A stretch of 39,704 bases of DNA. It comes from Escherichia phage K1F. The stretch lies in the sequence record NC_007456.1; one strand, given 5' to 3'. The position numbers were made by a program, and so were the translations under genes. Positions 7,942-18,433 of this stretch are shown here, one piece after another; the stretch's first letter is position 1, and the number at the start of each line of letters is the position of its first letter. Under the pieces are notes generated by a model that saw only the letters and a list, made by a program, of their open reading frames with translations, searched no databases and was not told where the DNA came from.

Positions 7942-8169
7942 ATGACGCGTGAAGAACTTCAAGCTGCATCGGCGAAGCGTAGAGCGCAAAGATTTTATCG
8001 TGCATACAAGGCGCTGCGTAAGGGTATGTCGATGTTCAAATTAGGACACAGGGAGTATTGTGATAGCGACCTCCTACCGTTTGCTTATAAGAAGACACCT
8101 AGTCTGATTATCAAGGTAGAGGAGTATGAATATTCTGATGACTGTGTTATGGTGAACCGCTATGCTTAA
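7942..8169 (+). CDS. Hypothetical basic protein (75 aa)
   Basis: ATG 7942 with AAGGATAAG SD; in frame with track ORF 7897..8169. Confidence 0.5.
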   Translation: MTREELQAASAKRRAQRFYRAYKALRKGMSMFKLGHREYCDSDLLPFAYKKTPSLIIKVEEYEYSDDCVMVNRYA

Positions 8170-8266
8170 CGATGTTCTGTACTTCGGCTTAATTTGCGCT
8201 GGAGTAGGCGCGTTACTTCGCTTAATGTATTGGGAGATAGAGGTGGAATATGGTAAAACCAAGTGA
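8162..8266 (+). CDS. Possible small hydrophobic ORF (34 aa)
   Basis: ATG overlapping previous stop; weak SD. Confidence 0.25.
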   Translation: MLNDVLYFGLICAGVGALLRLMYWEIEVEYGKTK

Positions 8267-8348
8267 GTGGTGCCGTGAGATGTATGAGAAGACGCTCAAC
8301 CCGGACTACATCACGTTATACAACCAATGGAAGGAGCGCGGTTTATGA
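8250..8348 (+). CDS. Possible small ORF (32 aa)
   Basis: GAGGTGG SD; stop overlaps gene 2 start (ATGA). Confidence 0.35.
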   Translation: MVKPSEWCREMYEKTLNPDYITLYNQWKERGL

Positions 8349-8503
8349 CTGAGGTTGAGAAGAAATACATCGTGGAGCTTGAGGGTCGCGTTCAGTCCTT
8401 CGAGGTTCCGTTGTATGCAAAGTCTCTTGAAGAGGCTACCCTGAAGTCCCAAGAGTATGAGGACGCTGGGTTTGTGGTCGGACGGATTCGTCCTGAGACC
8501 TAA
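8345..8503 (+). CDS. 2: Gp2-like inhibitor of host RNA polymerase (52 aa)
   Basis: ...[17 protein letters not shown]...GFVVGRIRP resembles T7 Gp2 (FEVPIYAETLDEA...GFEVTRVRP); AAGGAG SD; not in ORF track (<60 aa). Confidence 0.75.
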   Translation: MTEVEKKYIVELEGRVQSFEVPLYAKSLEEATLKSQEYEDAGFVVGRIRPET

Positions 8504-8521
8504 ACTATCACTGTAGGACAG
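8499..8521 (+). promoter_or_regulatory. Phage RNAP promoter copy 4, variant (CCTAAACTATCACTGTA|GGACAG; G at -3)
   Basis: Consensus match except -3; overlaps gene 2 stop; upstream of SSB. Confidence 0.6.
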
Positions 8522-8560
8522 ACGTCCAGTTCGTAACTTTAAAATAGGAGATTTACACCG

Positions 8561-8614
8561 ATGGCTAAAGAGCAACTGAAGACTTTCACCACTCCGGTAG
8601 CTGGCATAGTTTGA
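8561..8614 (+). other. 17-codon leader ORF in frame with SSB gene, ended by TGA at 8612
   Basis: ATG 8561 has strong SD (AGGAGA, 10-nt spacing); same frame as ATG 8624; MAKEQLKTF resembles T7 gp2.5 N-terminus MAKKIFTS. Confidence 0.4.
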
Positions 8615-8623
8615 GCCTTACGC

Positions 8624-9259
8624 ATGGCTGACAAAGCAGACACCAAGTTTAACGAGCGTGGTGAGCATAAGGTTAACCTGACTTTCAGTCTGGATGACCC
8701 GAAGGTCCGTAAGATGATTGATGTCTTACAGAAGATTCACGACGATGCGTATGCGAAAGCACTTGCAGACCACGAGAAGAACCCACCTCAGGTTCAGCGT
8801 GGCAAGAAGCCTATTGAACCACGAGAAGGCGACATGCCGTGGATTGAGAATGGTGACGGTACTGTTACCATGAAGTTTAAATGCTTCGCGTCTTACCTGA
8901 AAGACGGCAAGTCCGAGCCTATCGTATTACGGTTCTACGACACCGATGCTAAACTCATCCGTGACGTCCCGAATATTGGCGCTGGCTCAAAGCTGAAGGT
9001 CAAGTTTAAAGTCCTGCCGTTTAAGTGGAACGCTGCGACTGGTGCAAGCGTTAAGCTCCAACTTGAGTCCTGCCTTCTGGTAGAACTGAAGGAGTGGAAA
9101 GGTGATGGTGCTGGTGGCGATGGTGGCTGGGGTGACGATGAAGACCTCGGTACTGGCTACAAAGCGTCAACCGATGGTGACTTCGGGTCTGATGACTTCG
9201 GTGACGATGGTTCCGAAGGTGGTGACGACTCCAACTCTGGTGGCGATTACGACTTCTAA
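8624..9259 (+). CDS. 2.5: Single-stranded DNA-binding protein (T7 gp2.5 homolog) with acidic C-terminal tail ending DYDF
   Basis: KVNLT...HEKNPP...RGKKPIEPREGDMPW...NGDGT...KFKCFASY...VKLQLESCLLVEL and acidic tail ...GGDYDF as in T7 (...DGDF). Confidence 0.9.
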   Translation: MADKADTKFNERGEHKVNLTFSLDDPKVRKMIDVLQKIHDDAYAKALADHEKNPPQVQRGKKPIEPREGDMPWIENGDGTVTMKFKCFASYLKDGKSEPIVLRFYDTDAKLIRDVPNIGAGSKLKVKFKVLPFKWNAATGASVKLQLESCLLVELKEWKGDGAGGDGGWGDDEDLGTGYKASTDGDFGSDDFGDDGSEGGDDSNSGGDYDF

Positions 9260-9711
9260 TGGCCCAATGGTCTGCAAAACGGGGGCACTCTGTGGGTGCC
9301 TACCGCTCTGGACTTGAAGCCAAGAACCAGCAGTGGCTGGAACAGAACGGCGTCAAAGCGGAGTACGAAAGCCATTATATCAACTATGTGATTCCGGCTT
9401 CCGACCACAAGTATACACCAGACTTTATCCTTCCTAACGGTATCATCGTGGAGACCAAAGGAATCTTCGCAGTGGAAGACCGTAAGAAGCACCTTATGGT
9501 ACGAGAACAGCACCCAGAGTTAGACATCCGGTTCGTGTTCTCAAGTTCCCGCTCCAAGTTATACAAAGGGTCTCCGACCACGTATGGCGCATGGTGCGAA
9601 AAGAACGGCTTTAAGTATGCCGATAAGTTCATCCCGGTTGAGTGGCTGCGAGAGACGACTGTACGTCTGCCTTCCGGCATTCTCATCCCAAAGAAAGGAG
9701 TTAAGAAATGA
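9259..9711 (+). CDS. 3: Endonuclease I, Holliday-junction resolvase (T7 gene 3 homolog)
   Basis: YRSGLE...YVIPAS.H.YTPDF.LPNGI.VETKG...DRKKHL.VREQHPELDIRFVFSSSRSKLYKGSPT.YG..CEK.G. Confidence 0.93.
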   Translation: MAQWSAKRGHSVGAYRSGLEAKNQQWLEQNGVKAEYESHYINYVIPASDHKYTPDFILPNGIIVETKGIFAVEDRKKHLMVREQHPELDIRFVFSSSRSKLYKGSPTTYGAWCEKNGFKYADKFIPVEWLRETTVRLPSGILIPKKGVKK

Positions 9712-10178
9712 GCAAGCAGTTTAAACTGTTAAGTGCTGAGTGTGGCTGGCCTTGTGGGACTATCGTTACCCAGTGTGAGAAGGACCCCCAGCCAGCGATA
9801 GGAATGATTCTAGTTGAGTGCCAGACTCCAGGCACCTACAAACACGGGTCTAAAGGCCACAATACGCAACCTGAGGGAATGTGGGGAGCGTGGGTCTGTA
9901 CTGAACGCCTTGAAGAAATCAAGACAGAAGAGAAACACCAAGTCCTGCCAACTTCGAGCGTACCTCCTGTGACTGTGAAGCGTGAAGTCCTGACAATCGA
10001 CAAGATTGGTGTGGGCCAGACGTTCATCGTCCACGGCAAGCCTGACGAAGTTTACGTGAAGATTAGCAACTCACACGTCTTCAACCATAAGCGTCTCCAG
10101 ATGCACACCACCGGACGCACAACGCTTCACCCAGCACATGAATCTAGTGGTCGTAGAATTGGTGGTGTACAATGGTAA
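9708..10178 (+). CDS. Hypothetical Cys-containing protein (156 aa) between genes 3 and 3.5
   Basis: ORF with AAGGAG SD, start overlaps gene 3 stop (ATGA); no T7 counterpart at this position. Confidence 0.6.
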   Translation: MSKQFKLLSAECGWPCGTIVTQCEKDPQPAIGMILVECQTPGTYKHGSKGHNTQPEGMWGAWVCTERLEEIKTEEKHQVLPTSSVPPVTVKREVLTIDKIGVGQTFIVHGKPDEVYVKISNSHVFNHKRLQMHTTGRTTLHPAHESSGRRIGGVQW

Positions 10179-10630
10179 GTAAGGTGCAATTCAACCCACG
10201 GTCCCGGACTGACGCTATCTTCGTTCACTGTTCGGCTACCAAGCCAGAGATGGACATCGGGGTAGAGACCATCCGTATGTGGCACAAGCAGCAGGCTTGG
10301 CTGGACGTAGGCTACCACTTTATCATCAAGCGTGATGGTACTGTGGAAGAGGGTCGCCCGGTAAATGTCGTAGGGTCACACGTTAAGGATTGGAACTCCC
10401 GGTCTGTAGGCGTCTGCCTTGTAGGTGGAATCAACGCTAAGGGTCAGTTTGAAGCTAACTTCACTCCAGCCCAGATGAACTCCCTGCGCAACAAGCTGGA
10501 TGACCTGAAGGTCATGTATCCTCAGGCAGAGATAAGAGCACACCATGACGTAGCACCAAAGGCGTGTCCAAGTTTCGACTTACAGCGCTGGCTGTCTACC
10601 AATGAACTGGTCACTTCCGACCGTGGTTAA
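10172..10630 (+). CDS. 3.5: N-acetylmuramoyl-L-alanine amidase / T7 lysozyme homolog (gene 3.5)
   Basis: VQF..R...DAIFVHCSATKP...WH..Q.WLDVGYHFIIKRDGTVE.GR...VGSH.KG.N..S.GVCLVGGI...AHHDVAPKACPSFDL.RW...ELVTSDRG. Confidence 0.93.
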   Translation: MVSKVQFNPRSRTDAIFVHCSATKPEMDIGVETIRMWHKQQAWLDVGYHFIIKRDGTVEEGRPVNVVGSHVKDWNSRSVGVCLVGGINAKGQFEANFTPAQMNSLRNKLDDLKVMYPQAEIRAHHDVAPKACPSFDLQRWLSTNELVTSDRG

Positions 10631-10654
10631 TAAACTCTAAGGGAGAACAACCCA

Positions 10655-10870
10655 ATGATTAAACTTATCGAATTTCTTGGTCGTCTGGTGGTGCGTGGTT
10701 ATCGTCGTGCTTCGGTACTGGAACGAAAGGTAGAAAAGAAGACTGCTGATGGTGCGGCTGATGCTGCTGCTCTGGCTGACAAGCTGACCATCGCGTCACT
10801 GGAAGCTGGCATGAAGGCTCGTCAGGCTGATACCAAAGCTGACCAGTTGGAGCAGTTCTTCAAAGACTAA
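10655..10870 (+). CDS. Hypothetical protein (71 aa), Ala-rich, likely helical
   Basis: ORF with GGGAGA SD after lysozyme gene. Confidence 0.55.
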   Translation: MIKLIEFLGRLVVRGYRRASVLERKVEKKTADGAADAAALADKLTIASLEAGMKARQADTKADQLEQFFKD

Positions 10871-10888
10871 ACTATCACCTTAGGGATG
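10866..10888 (+). promoter_or_regulatory. Degenerate phage promoter-like site (AACTATCACCTTA|GGGA; mismatches at -4 and -3)
   Basis: Shares the -13 to -5 block with the consensus; just upstream of gene 4. Confidence 0.35.
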
Positions 10889-10935
10889 GGACCATGAGTC
10901 CTGTCCCTCTGTTCGCATTTGTGATTAAGGAGTGA

Positions 10936-12856
<1,921 letters not shown>

Positions 12857-12859
12857 GTC

Positions 12860-12900
12860 TAGACTCAAGGTCATTCACAGCGAGTGGCCTTTATGATTAG
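12860..12900 (+). promoter_or_regulatory. Conserved ~45-bp element B (RNase III-site-like), before DNA polymerase gene
   Basis: TAGACTCAAGGTCATTCACAGCGAGTGGCCTTTATGATTAG; same family as 5573 and 36453; T7 R4.7 position. Confidence 0.4.
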
Positions 12901-12920
12901 ACTAAAGCGGAGGATTAACC

Positions 12921-14936
12921 ATGTTTGACCTTAAGGATATTTGGGGTTCGGACATCGAGACCAACGGTCTCCTTGACACCGTGTCCCAGTTCCATTGTGG
13001 GGTCCTGATTAATGCCGAGTCGAATGAGACCCTTAAGTATGGGGTAGCGCCGATGGTCGGTATCGTCGGTGGCTTCAAAGAGTATGTACAGAAGGTGGAA
13101 GAAATTGCTGCAACGCCTACGGGTATGCTGGTCTTCCATAACGGTATCAACTATGACGTCCCGGCTATAGACAAGCTGAAGCGTTTGTACTTTGGGAAAC
13201 GATTTAACTTCCCGAAACACAAGATGATTGATACCTTGGTGCTGGGCCGCTTGATGTATCCCAACATTAAGTTCTCAGACATGGGAGCGGTGAAAGCTGG
13301 TCGTCTGCCACCTAAGATGATGGGACGCCAGTCTCTTGAGGCTTGGGGCTATCGTCTCGGTGAGATGAAAGGTGAATACAAACACGATTACGTTGCCAAA
13401 TGCAAGGCTGAAGGTATCGAATATAAGGCTGGGGACGAATGGTTGTTCCCGTCTCAGGAGATGCTGGACTATAACGTTCAAGACGTTGTGGTCACACTGG
13501 CGTTGTTCAAGAAGTTCCTGACTGACAAGTATTACTTCCAGTCTGAACAGTTCGCTTTCGAACAGATTTATGCGTTGCGTCTGGAACATGATGCTGCGTG
13601 GACCTGTGCTAAGATGGAACGTAACGGCTATCCAATGAACACAGAGATGGTCGAAGGCTTATATCGTGAACTCACCGTCAAACGTGCAGAGTTGCTGGAC
13701 AAGCTGCGTTCGACTTTCGGTAGCTGGTACGCACCAAAGGGAGGCAAGGAGTTCTTCAGGCATCCACGGACAGGTAAGGACCTTCCGAAGTATCCGAGGG
13801 TCGTGTATCCTAAGGTTGGTGGCATCTTTAAGAAGCCGAAGAACAAAGCTCAACGATTAGGTCTTGAACCTTGTGAACGCGATACGCGAGACACGATGGA
13901 GGGAGCACCATTCACACCTATCACTTACGTTGAGTTTAATCCGGGAAGCGGGGACCACTTAGCGAAAGTTCTGATGGAGCGTGGCTGGGAGCCTGTGGAC
14001 TTCACTGACACCGGGAAACCTGTAGTCGATGACGAGACGTTAGAACATGTTAAGTTACCAGACGCAGAGGCTCAGGCTTGCGTAGAGCTGGTCCGTGAGT
14101 ATCTGGTAGTCCAGAAGCGCATAGGTCAGGCTGCTGAAGGTAAGAACGCATGGTTGAAACTTGTAGGGCCAGACGGACGTATGCACGGTTCAATCAACCC
14201 ATGTGGTGCAGTAACCGGACGTGCTACCCATAGTTCACCAAACATGGCTCAGGTCCCGGCTAACGGTGCTCCGTATGGTGAGACTTGCCGTGGTGCTTTC
14301 GGTGCAGCTTGGAACAAGACGGATGGTAAGCCAGACCCTTGGATTCAAGTGGGTGTGGATGCTTCAGGTCTTGAGCTTCGTTGTCTGGGGAACCGAGCGG
14401 CTCCGTTTGATGGTGGTGCCTATGCGAAGACTGTGGTAGAAGGTGACATCCACTGGGCCAACGCAGTAAACGCTGGGTTAGCACCTAACGTCCCACGCGA
14501 TAAGTCGAACCACGACCATGATGCTTTCCGTAATAACGCTAAGACGTTCATCTATGCGTTCCTGTATGGTGCAGGGGCCGCTAAGATTGGACTGATAGTA
14601 GGCGGTGGTAAGAAGGAAGGTTCAGCTCTCATGAAGAAATTCATTGAGGGTACACCAGCCATCAAAGACCTCAGGGAAGCTGTGAGTAATACGTTAATCT
14701 CTGAGTCCAAATGGGTAGACGGTGAGAATATCGTGAAGTGGAAACGCCGCTGGCTTAAAGGCTTGGATGGTCGACGCATCCACATCCGGTCTCCACACTC
14801 AGCACTTAACGCCTTACTTCAAGGTGATGGTGCGGTAGTCTGTAAGCACTGGATTGTTGAGACAGAACGTATGCTCGAAGAGGCCGGGTATGTCCACGGC
14901 TGGGAAGGAGACTTCGCGTACATGGCATGGGTGCAT
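12921..14936 (+). CDS. 5: DNA polymerase (T7 gene 5 homolog), exon 1 (672 codons, ends ...YMAWVH)
   Basis: 3'-5' exo motif DIETNGL; ...FHNG.NYDVPA...EAWGYRLGEMKGEYK...DYNVQDVVVT...; ORF track stops at TAA 14937-14939, the first intron codon. Confidence 0.9.
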
Positions 14937-15534
14937 TAACATCATGGTGCACATTAAATCTGGTGAACTCGGTGAACTCCTAATGGGACAATACCGAGCC
15001 AAGCCATAGGGAGGATGTATGAGAGGCAAGAAGTTAATTCTTGAGGCCACTGAGACTGGCTGCATAATCCCTACGTCACATAAATTGAATCAGGATGGAT
15101 ACTTCCGAAAGAGGACTAACGGTGTCCTTGAGATGTATCATAGAACTGTATGGATTAAAGCTAATGGTCCAATACCTGAAGGTTTCGAAGTAGACCACAA
15201 GTGTCGTAATAGAGCTTGTTGCAACGTCGAACATCTACAAGTATTAGACCGTGACTCACACTTAGTCAAGACCAACCAAGAGCGATACGCTGCTAGGAAG
15301 CTAGAAGCACGAGACTACTGGGTAGAGACTGGGTGTACAGGAACGAAGTTAGCCGAAGTATTCAATGTGTCGTTCTCAGCCGCCTGTGGGTGGATTAGAG
15401 AGTGGAAGGCGTAGAGACTATCCGAAAGGAGTAGGGCCGTGGGTGAGATTCCCACGTAACCCGAAGCGCCAGACAGTCACCTCAAAGACTGATGATATAG
15501 TCCGACACTTCCAGTAATGGGAGAATACAGAAAG
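14937..15534 (+). mobile_element. Group I-type intron (598 bp) in DNA polymerase gene, carrying an HNH endonuclease ORF
   Basis: Exon 1 ends in U (14936), intron ends in G (15534); P1-like pairing of exon GUGCAU (14931-14936) with GUGCAC (14947-14952); exons join in frame to give WVH|DELQIACRT. Confidence 0.7.
15019..15414 (+). CDS. HNH homing endonuclease (131 aa) within the intron
   Basis: HNH motif EVDHKCRNRACCNVEHLQV; strong SD AGGGAGGA; free-standing ORF. Confidence 0.85.
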   Translation: MRGKKLILEATETGCIIPTSHKLNQDGYFRKRTNGVLEMYHRTVWIKANGPIPEGFEVDHKCRNRACCNVEHLQVLDRDSHLVKTNQERYAARKLEARDYWVETGCTGTKLAEVFNVSFSAACGWIREWKA

Positions 15535-15690
15535 GATGAGTTACAGATTGCTTGTCGTACTCAAGAAATAGCAGAACGTACAGTCGAAATTGCGCAGCTA
15601 GCTATGCGTAAGGTGGGTGAGTTCTATAACTTTAAATGTGTCCTTGATACCGAAGGTAAGATTGGACCAACTTGGAAGGAGTGTCACTAA
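15535..15690 (+). CDS. 5: DNA polymerase exon 2 (51 codons: DELQIACRTQEIAERTVEIAQLAMRKVGEFYNFKCVLDTEGKIGPTWKECH)
   Basis: Matches remembered T7 DNA polymerase C-terminus (...VGCRTEEIAQ...WNFRCLLDTEGKMGPNWAICH); no SD before in-frame ATG 15517. Confidence 0.75.
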   Translation, partial: DELQIACRTQEIAERTVEIAQLAMRKVGEFYNFKCVLDTEGKIGPTWKECH

Positions 15691-15938
15691 TGGCTATGAC
15701 CAAACGTATGCGAGTTTCGTTCTCGCTGGGTGCTGTGTTGTTAACTGAAAACGTGGAGAACTTCAAGAAGACTCTCTGCGAGCTAAGCCGTAAGGTCCTC
15801 AACGGAGAGAAGACCACTGGTTTTGAGCGTAAGATGGTAGAGGTTGGTGTGACTGAAGGTCTGGAAGCTGTAGTCGAACTGGTCTTCAAGAAAAGTATTT
15901 GTCGACAGTCTGAAAGAAGACCTGAGCAACTACTCTGA
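15690..15938 (+). CDS. gp5.5-like protein (82 aa)
   Basis: MAMTKRMRVSF... resembles T7 gp5.5 N-terminus; AAGGAG SD; ATG overlaps polymerase stop (TAATG). Confidence 0.6.
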   Translation: MAMTKRMRVSFSLGAVLLTENVENFKKTLCELSRKVLNGEKTTGFERKMVEVGVTEGLEAVVELVFKKSICRQSERRPEQLL

Positions 15939-15977
15939 CCAGCCGAGCTTTGGTAACTTCCGGGTGGAGTTCGAACG

Positions 15978-16187
15978 ATGAGTGAATACTTACGGGTCCT
16001 AGCGGCCCTTAAGTCCTGCCCGAAGACCTTCCAGTCCAACTATGTGCGCAACAACGCTGCACTGGTGGCTGAGGCTGCGAGTCGTGGACATCTAAGCTGC
16101 CTGTCTATGGACGGGCGTAACAACGGTGCGTGGGAGATTACCGCTGCTGGCACCAAGTTCCTGAACCAACACGGAGGCTGTCTATGA
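15978..16187 (+). CDS. gp5.7-like protein (69 aa)
   Basis: MSEYLRVLAALKSCPKTFQSNYVRNNAALVAEAASRGH... resembles T7 gp5.7. Confidence 0.6.
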   Translation: MSEYLRVLAALKSCPKTFQSNYVRNNAALVAEAASRGHLSCLSMDGRNNGAWEITAAGTKFLNQHGGCL

Positions 16188-17050
16188 GTGACAAGAAGAT
16201 AGCTCTTGTTCTTGATGGTGATTACCTAGTGTTCTCATCTATGGCTGCGGCTGAGGATGAGACCGATTGGGGTGATGATATTTATACTCTGATTTGTGAC
16301 CACGCCAAGGCTCGTCGTATCCTTGAGAACACCATTTCTGAAATCGTTAAGAAGCGCAAGGCGTGGAAAGACGCTAAGATTGTGATGTGCTTCACTGATG
16401 ATTATAACTGGCGCAAGGACGTCCTGCCTACCTATAAGGCCAACCGTAAAGGTTCGCGCAAGCCTGTAGGATACAAGAAGTTCGTAGCCGAAGTGATGGC
16501 CGACCAACGGTTCAACAGCTTCCTGCGTCCTACGCTTGAAGGCGATGACTGTATGGGTATCATCGGGACACGACCTCAGATTGTAGGCTGTGACCATGCT
16601 GTTCTGGTGTCCTGCGATAAGGACTTCAAGACCATCCCGAACTGTGAGTTCTTCTGGTTAACCACTGGTGAAATCCTGAGTCATACGACTGCTGAGGCAG
16701 ACTACTGGCACATGGAGCAGACCATCAAAGGTGACACTACAGATGGCTACGGTGGCATTCCTGGGATGGGTGAGGATACCACTCGTGCATTCCTTGACGA
16801 GCCGTACTACTTCGTGCAGGAGAGCCGCGAGCTTAAGACTGGCAAGAACAAAGGCCAGATTAAGACTGAGTGGAAGAAGTATCCGAAGCGTGAAGACATG
16901 ACGTTGTGGGACTGCATGGTGACTCTGGCTGCTAAAGCTGGGATGACAGAGGAGGAGCTTCTGGTCCAAGCTCAGGTCGCTCGTATTTGTCGAGCATCTG
17001 ACTATGACCCTAAGTCCAAGGAGGTCATCCTGTGGACACCATCCATGTAA
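16184..17050 (+). CDS. 6: 5'-3' exonuclease (T7 gene 6 homolog)
   Basis: ...LVLDGDYLVF...CDHAKARRILE...NWRK...YKANRK...KPVGY...LEGDD.MG.I......VSCDKDFKTIPNC.F.W.TTG.IL...TIKGD.TDGY.GI.G; start ATG 16184 with GGAGG SD (track start 16130 is upstream in frame). Confidence 0.93.
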   Translation: MSDKKIALVLDGDYLVFSSMAAAEDETDWGDDIYTLICDHAKARRILENTISEIVKKRKAWKDAKIVMCFTDDYNWRKDVLPTYKANRKGSRKPVGYKKFVAEVMADQRFNSFLRPTLEGDDCMGIIGTRPQIVGCDHAVLVSCDKDFKTIPNCEFFWLTTGEILSHTTAEADYWHMEQTIKGDTTDGYGGIPGMGEDTTRAFLDEPYYFVQESRELKTGKNKGQIKTEWKKYPKREDMTLWDCMVTLAAKAGMTEEELLVQAQVARICRASDYDPKSKEVILWTPSM

Positions 17051-17176
17051 TATACTGGGCCGGACTTCTGGCCATTTACTGCATGTACAAGTGGTTCGGG
17101 TCGAACAACCGACCTAAACACTGAGTCTAACCGATAGTCATATCCTATCAATCCAACAGTCATCCATAGGTGAAAC

Positions 17177-17199
17177 ACTAAACTATCACTATAGGGACT
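17177..17199 (+). promoter_or_regulatory. Phage RNAP promoter copy 6 (ACTAAACTATCACTATA|GGGACT)
   Basis: Consensus match; T7 phi6.5 position. Confidence 0.75.
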
Positions 17200-17260
17200 T
17201 TAGGGCCTAAGATATGACTATAAGATAGACTTTAGTCTTAACTTAAAGAGGAGATTCAAG

Positions 17261-17533
17261 ATGGCTATTAATGCTATTGAAAACGTTGTTAAGCAGTTAC
17301 AGGAAGAAAGACTTGATGTCCCGAACATCTCCCAGTCTGCTATCCAGTTCCTGCACGTATTGTTCAACGCAAGCTACGCTGAGAAGATGGGAGCTATTAG
17401 TCTCCTCAAGCAGCAGGGCTACAGCGATGCGTTCATTGCCGGATTCATCAAGGGTCTCCAGTATTGCTCTGACACTCTCGACTCTGCGATTGCTATGCGT
17501 CGTGAGCTGAAAGATACCGTTCAGTTCGATTAA
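17261..17533 (+). CDS. gp6.5-like hypothetical protein (90 aa)
   Basis: ORF with GAGGAG SD; position matches T7 gene 6.5. Confidence 0.6.
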   Translation: MAINAIENVVKQLQEERLDVPNISQSAIQFLHVLFNASYAEKMGAISLLKQQGYSDAFIAGFIKGLQYCSDTLDSAIAMRRELKDTVQFD

Positions 17534-17547
17534 CTGTAGGAGGGACT

Positions 17548-17772
17548 ATGTGTTTCAGTCCGAAGATTAGCACTCCGAAGCCTTCGGTCCAAGCACCTGA
17601 ACCAGCACCTCTGAGTGAGGAAGTTGCGTCAGTTGACATCGGGGCTGAATCGGATGTGGACACCAATGAGACCAAAGGTATCAAAGACCTTAAGGTCAAG
17701 AAGGAGTCTGCACCTAAAGATAAATCGTCAGTTAGCCGCGCCATGCGAGCCTCTGGCGTCAACATGGGGTAA
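17548..17772 (+). CDS. gp6.7-like virion protein (74 aa)
   Basis: MCFSPKISTPKP... resembles T7 gp6.7 N-terminus (MCFSPKIKTPK); SD TAGGAGGG. Confidence 0.65.
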   Translation: MCFSPKISTPKPSVQAPEPAPLSEEVASVDIGAESDVDTNETKGIKDLKVKKESAPKDKSSVSRAMRASGVNMG

Positions 17773-17776
17773 GACA

Positions 17777-18181
17777 ATGCTACCATATCTCAACTCACGC
17801 GAAGGTCGCCACATGTGCGCTTGTCGCCTCTGGGAAGACGGGCAGTCTAACTTCAAGTCATTTGAGGACTTCAAGGCTCATACTTACCGTATGGCTGACG
17901 AGTTCGACGGTGAAGAATACACAATATACGATGTCTCAGGTCAACCAGTAGCGTATCTCTACATGCTGGCTACCGCATCTTGGCACCGACCAACTCCCGG
18001 TCTTGACCTTTCAATCGTCGCTATTCGTCGTGACTCGCAGTCCTCCCGCAAGGTTCTTGAGACTGTCAGACACATCATAGACGAAGAGTGCAATCGTTGG
18101 GGTCTTGGCTGGTATTCTCGTGTCAAGCATGTTTCCGGGTCGGTAGACATCGTAACAACTAAGGAGATTAATCGTGGGTAA
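17777..18181 (+). CDS. gp7-like protein (134 aa)
   Basis: ATG 17777 in frame within track ORF 17615..18181; start chosen to avoid overlap with 6.7; positional assignment. Confidence 0.5.
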   Translation: MLPYLNSREGRHMCACRLWEDGQSNFKSFEDFKAHTYRMADEFDGEEYTIYDVSGQPVAYLYMLATASWHRPTPGLDLSIVAIRRDSQSSRKVLETVRHIIDEECNRWGLGWYSRVKHVSGSVDIVTTKEINRG

Positions 18182-18422
18182 ATCAATCAGTAAGGCCTTC
18201 AAGAAAGTGGTGAAAAGTACGCTAGGGACCGTTGGTCTTGGCTCTGATGACGCGCCTAAGGTTGTTGAGGCTCAAACCCCAGCAGCACCAGTGGAAGTAC
18301 CGAACGACAAAGTGGAGGATGTGGATACTGAATCAACCGCATCTGACGAGAAGAAAGCGAAGCGTGCAGGTAAGCGTAGTCTTCAGGTCTCTCGCACCTC
18401 TGGTGGCGGTATTTCTATTTAA
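18174..18422 (+). CDS. gp7.3-like tail/virion protein (82 aa), GTG start
   Basis: MGKSISKAFKKVVKS...KRAGKRSLQVSRTSGGGISI resembles T7 gp7.3 (...KKSLSVARSSGGGINI); GTG 18174 preceded by AAGGAGA. Confidence 0.7.
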   Translation: MGKSISKAFKKVVKSTLGTVGLGSDDAPKVVEAQTPAAPVEVPNDKVEDVDTESTASDEKKAKRAGKRSLQVSRTSGGGISI

Positions 18423-18433
18423 GGAGGTGACTA

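Noticed and set aside
9102-9317. 71-aa ORF overlapping the SSB acidic tail
   Set aside because: Alternate-frame read-through of the Gly/Asp-rich region of gene 2.5; low-complexity artefact
17615-17776. Upstream extension of the gene 7 ORF overlapping gene 6.7
   Set aside because: Overlaps the gp6.7 homolog in another frame; the in-frame ATG at 17777 right after the 6.7 stop is the more plausible start
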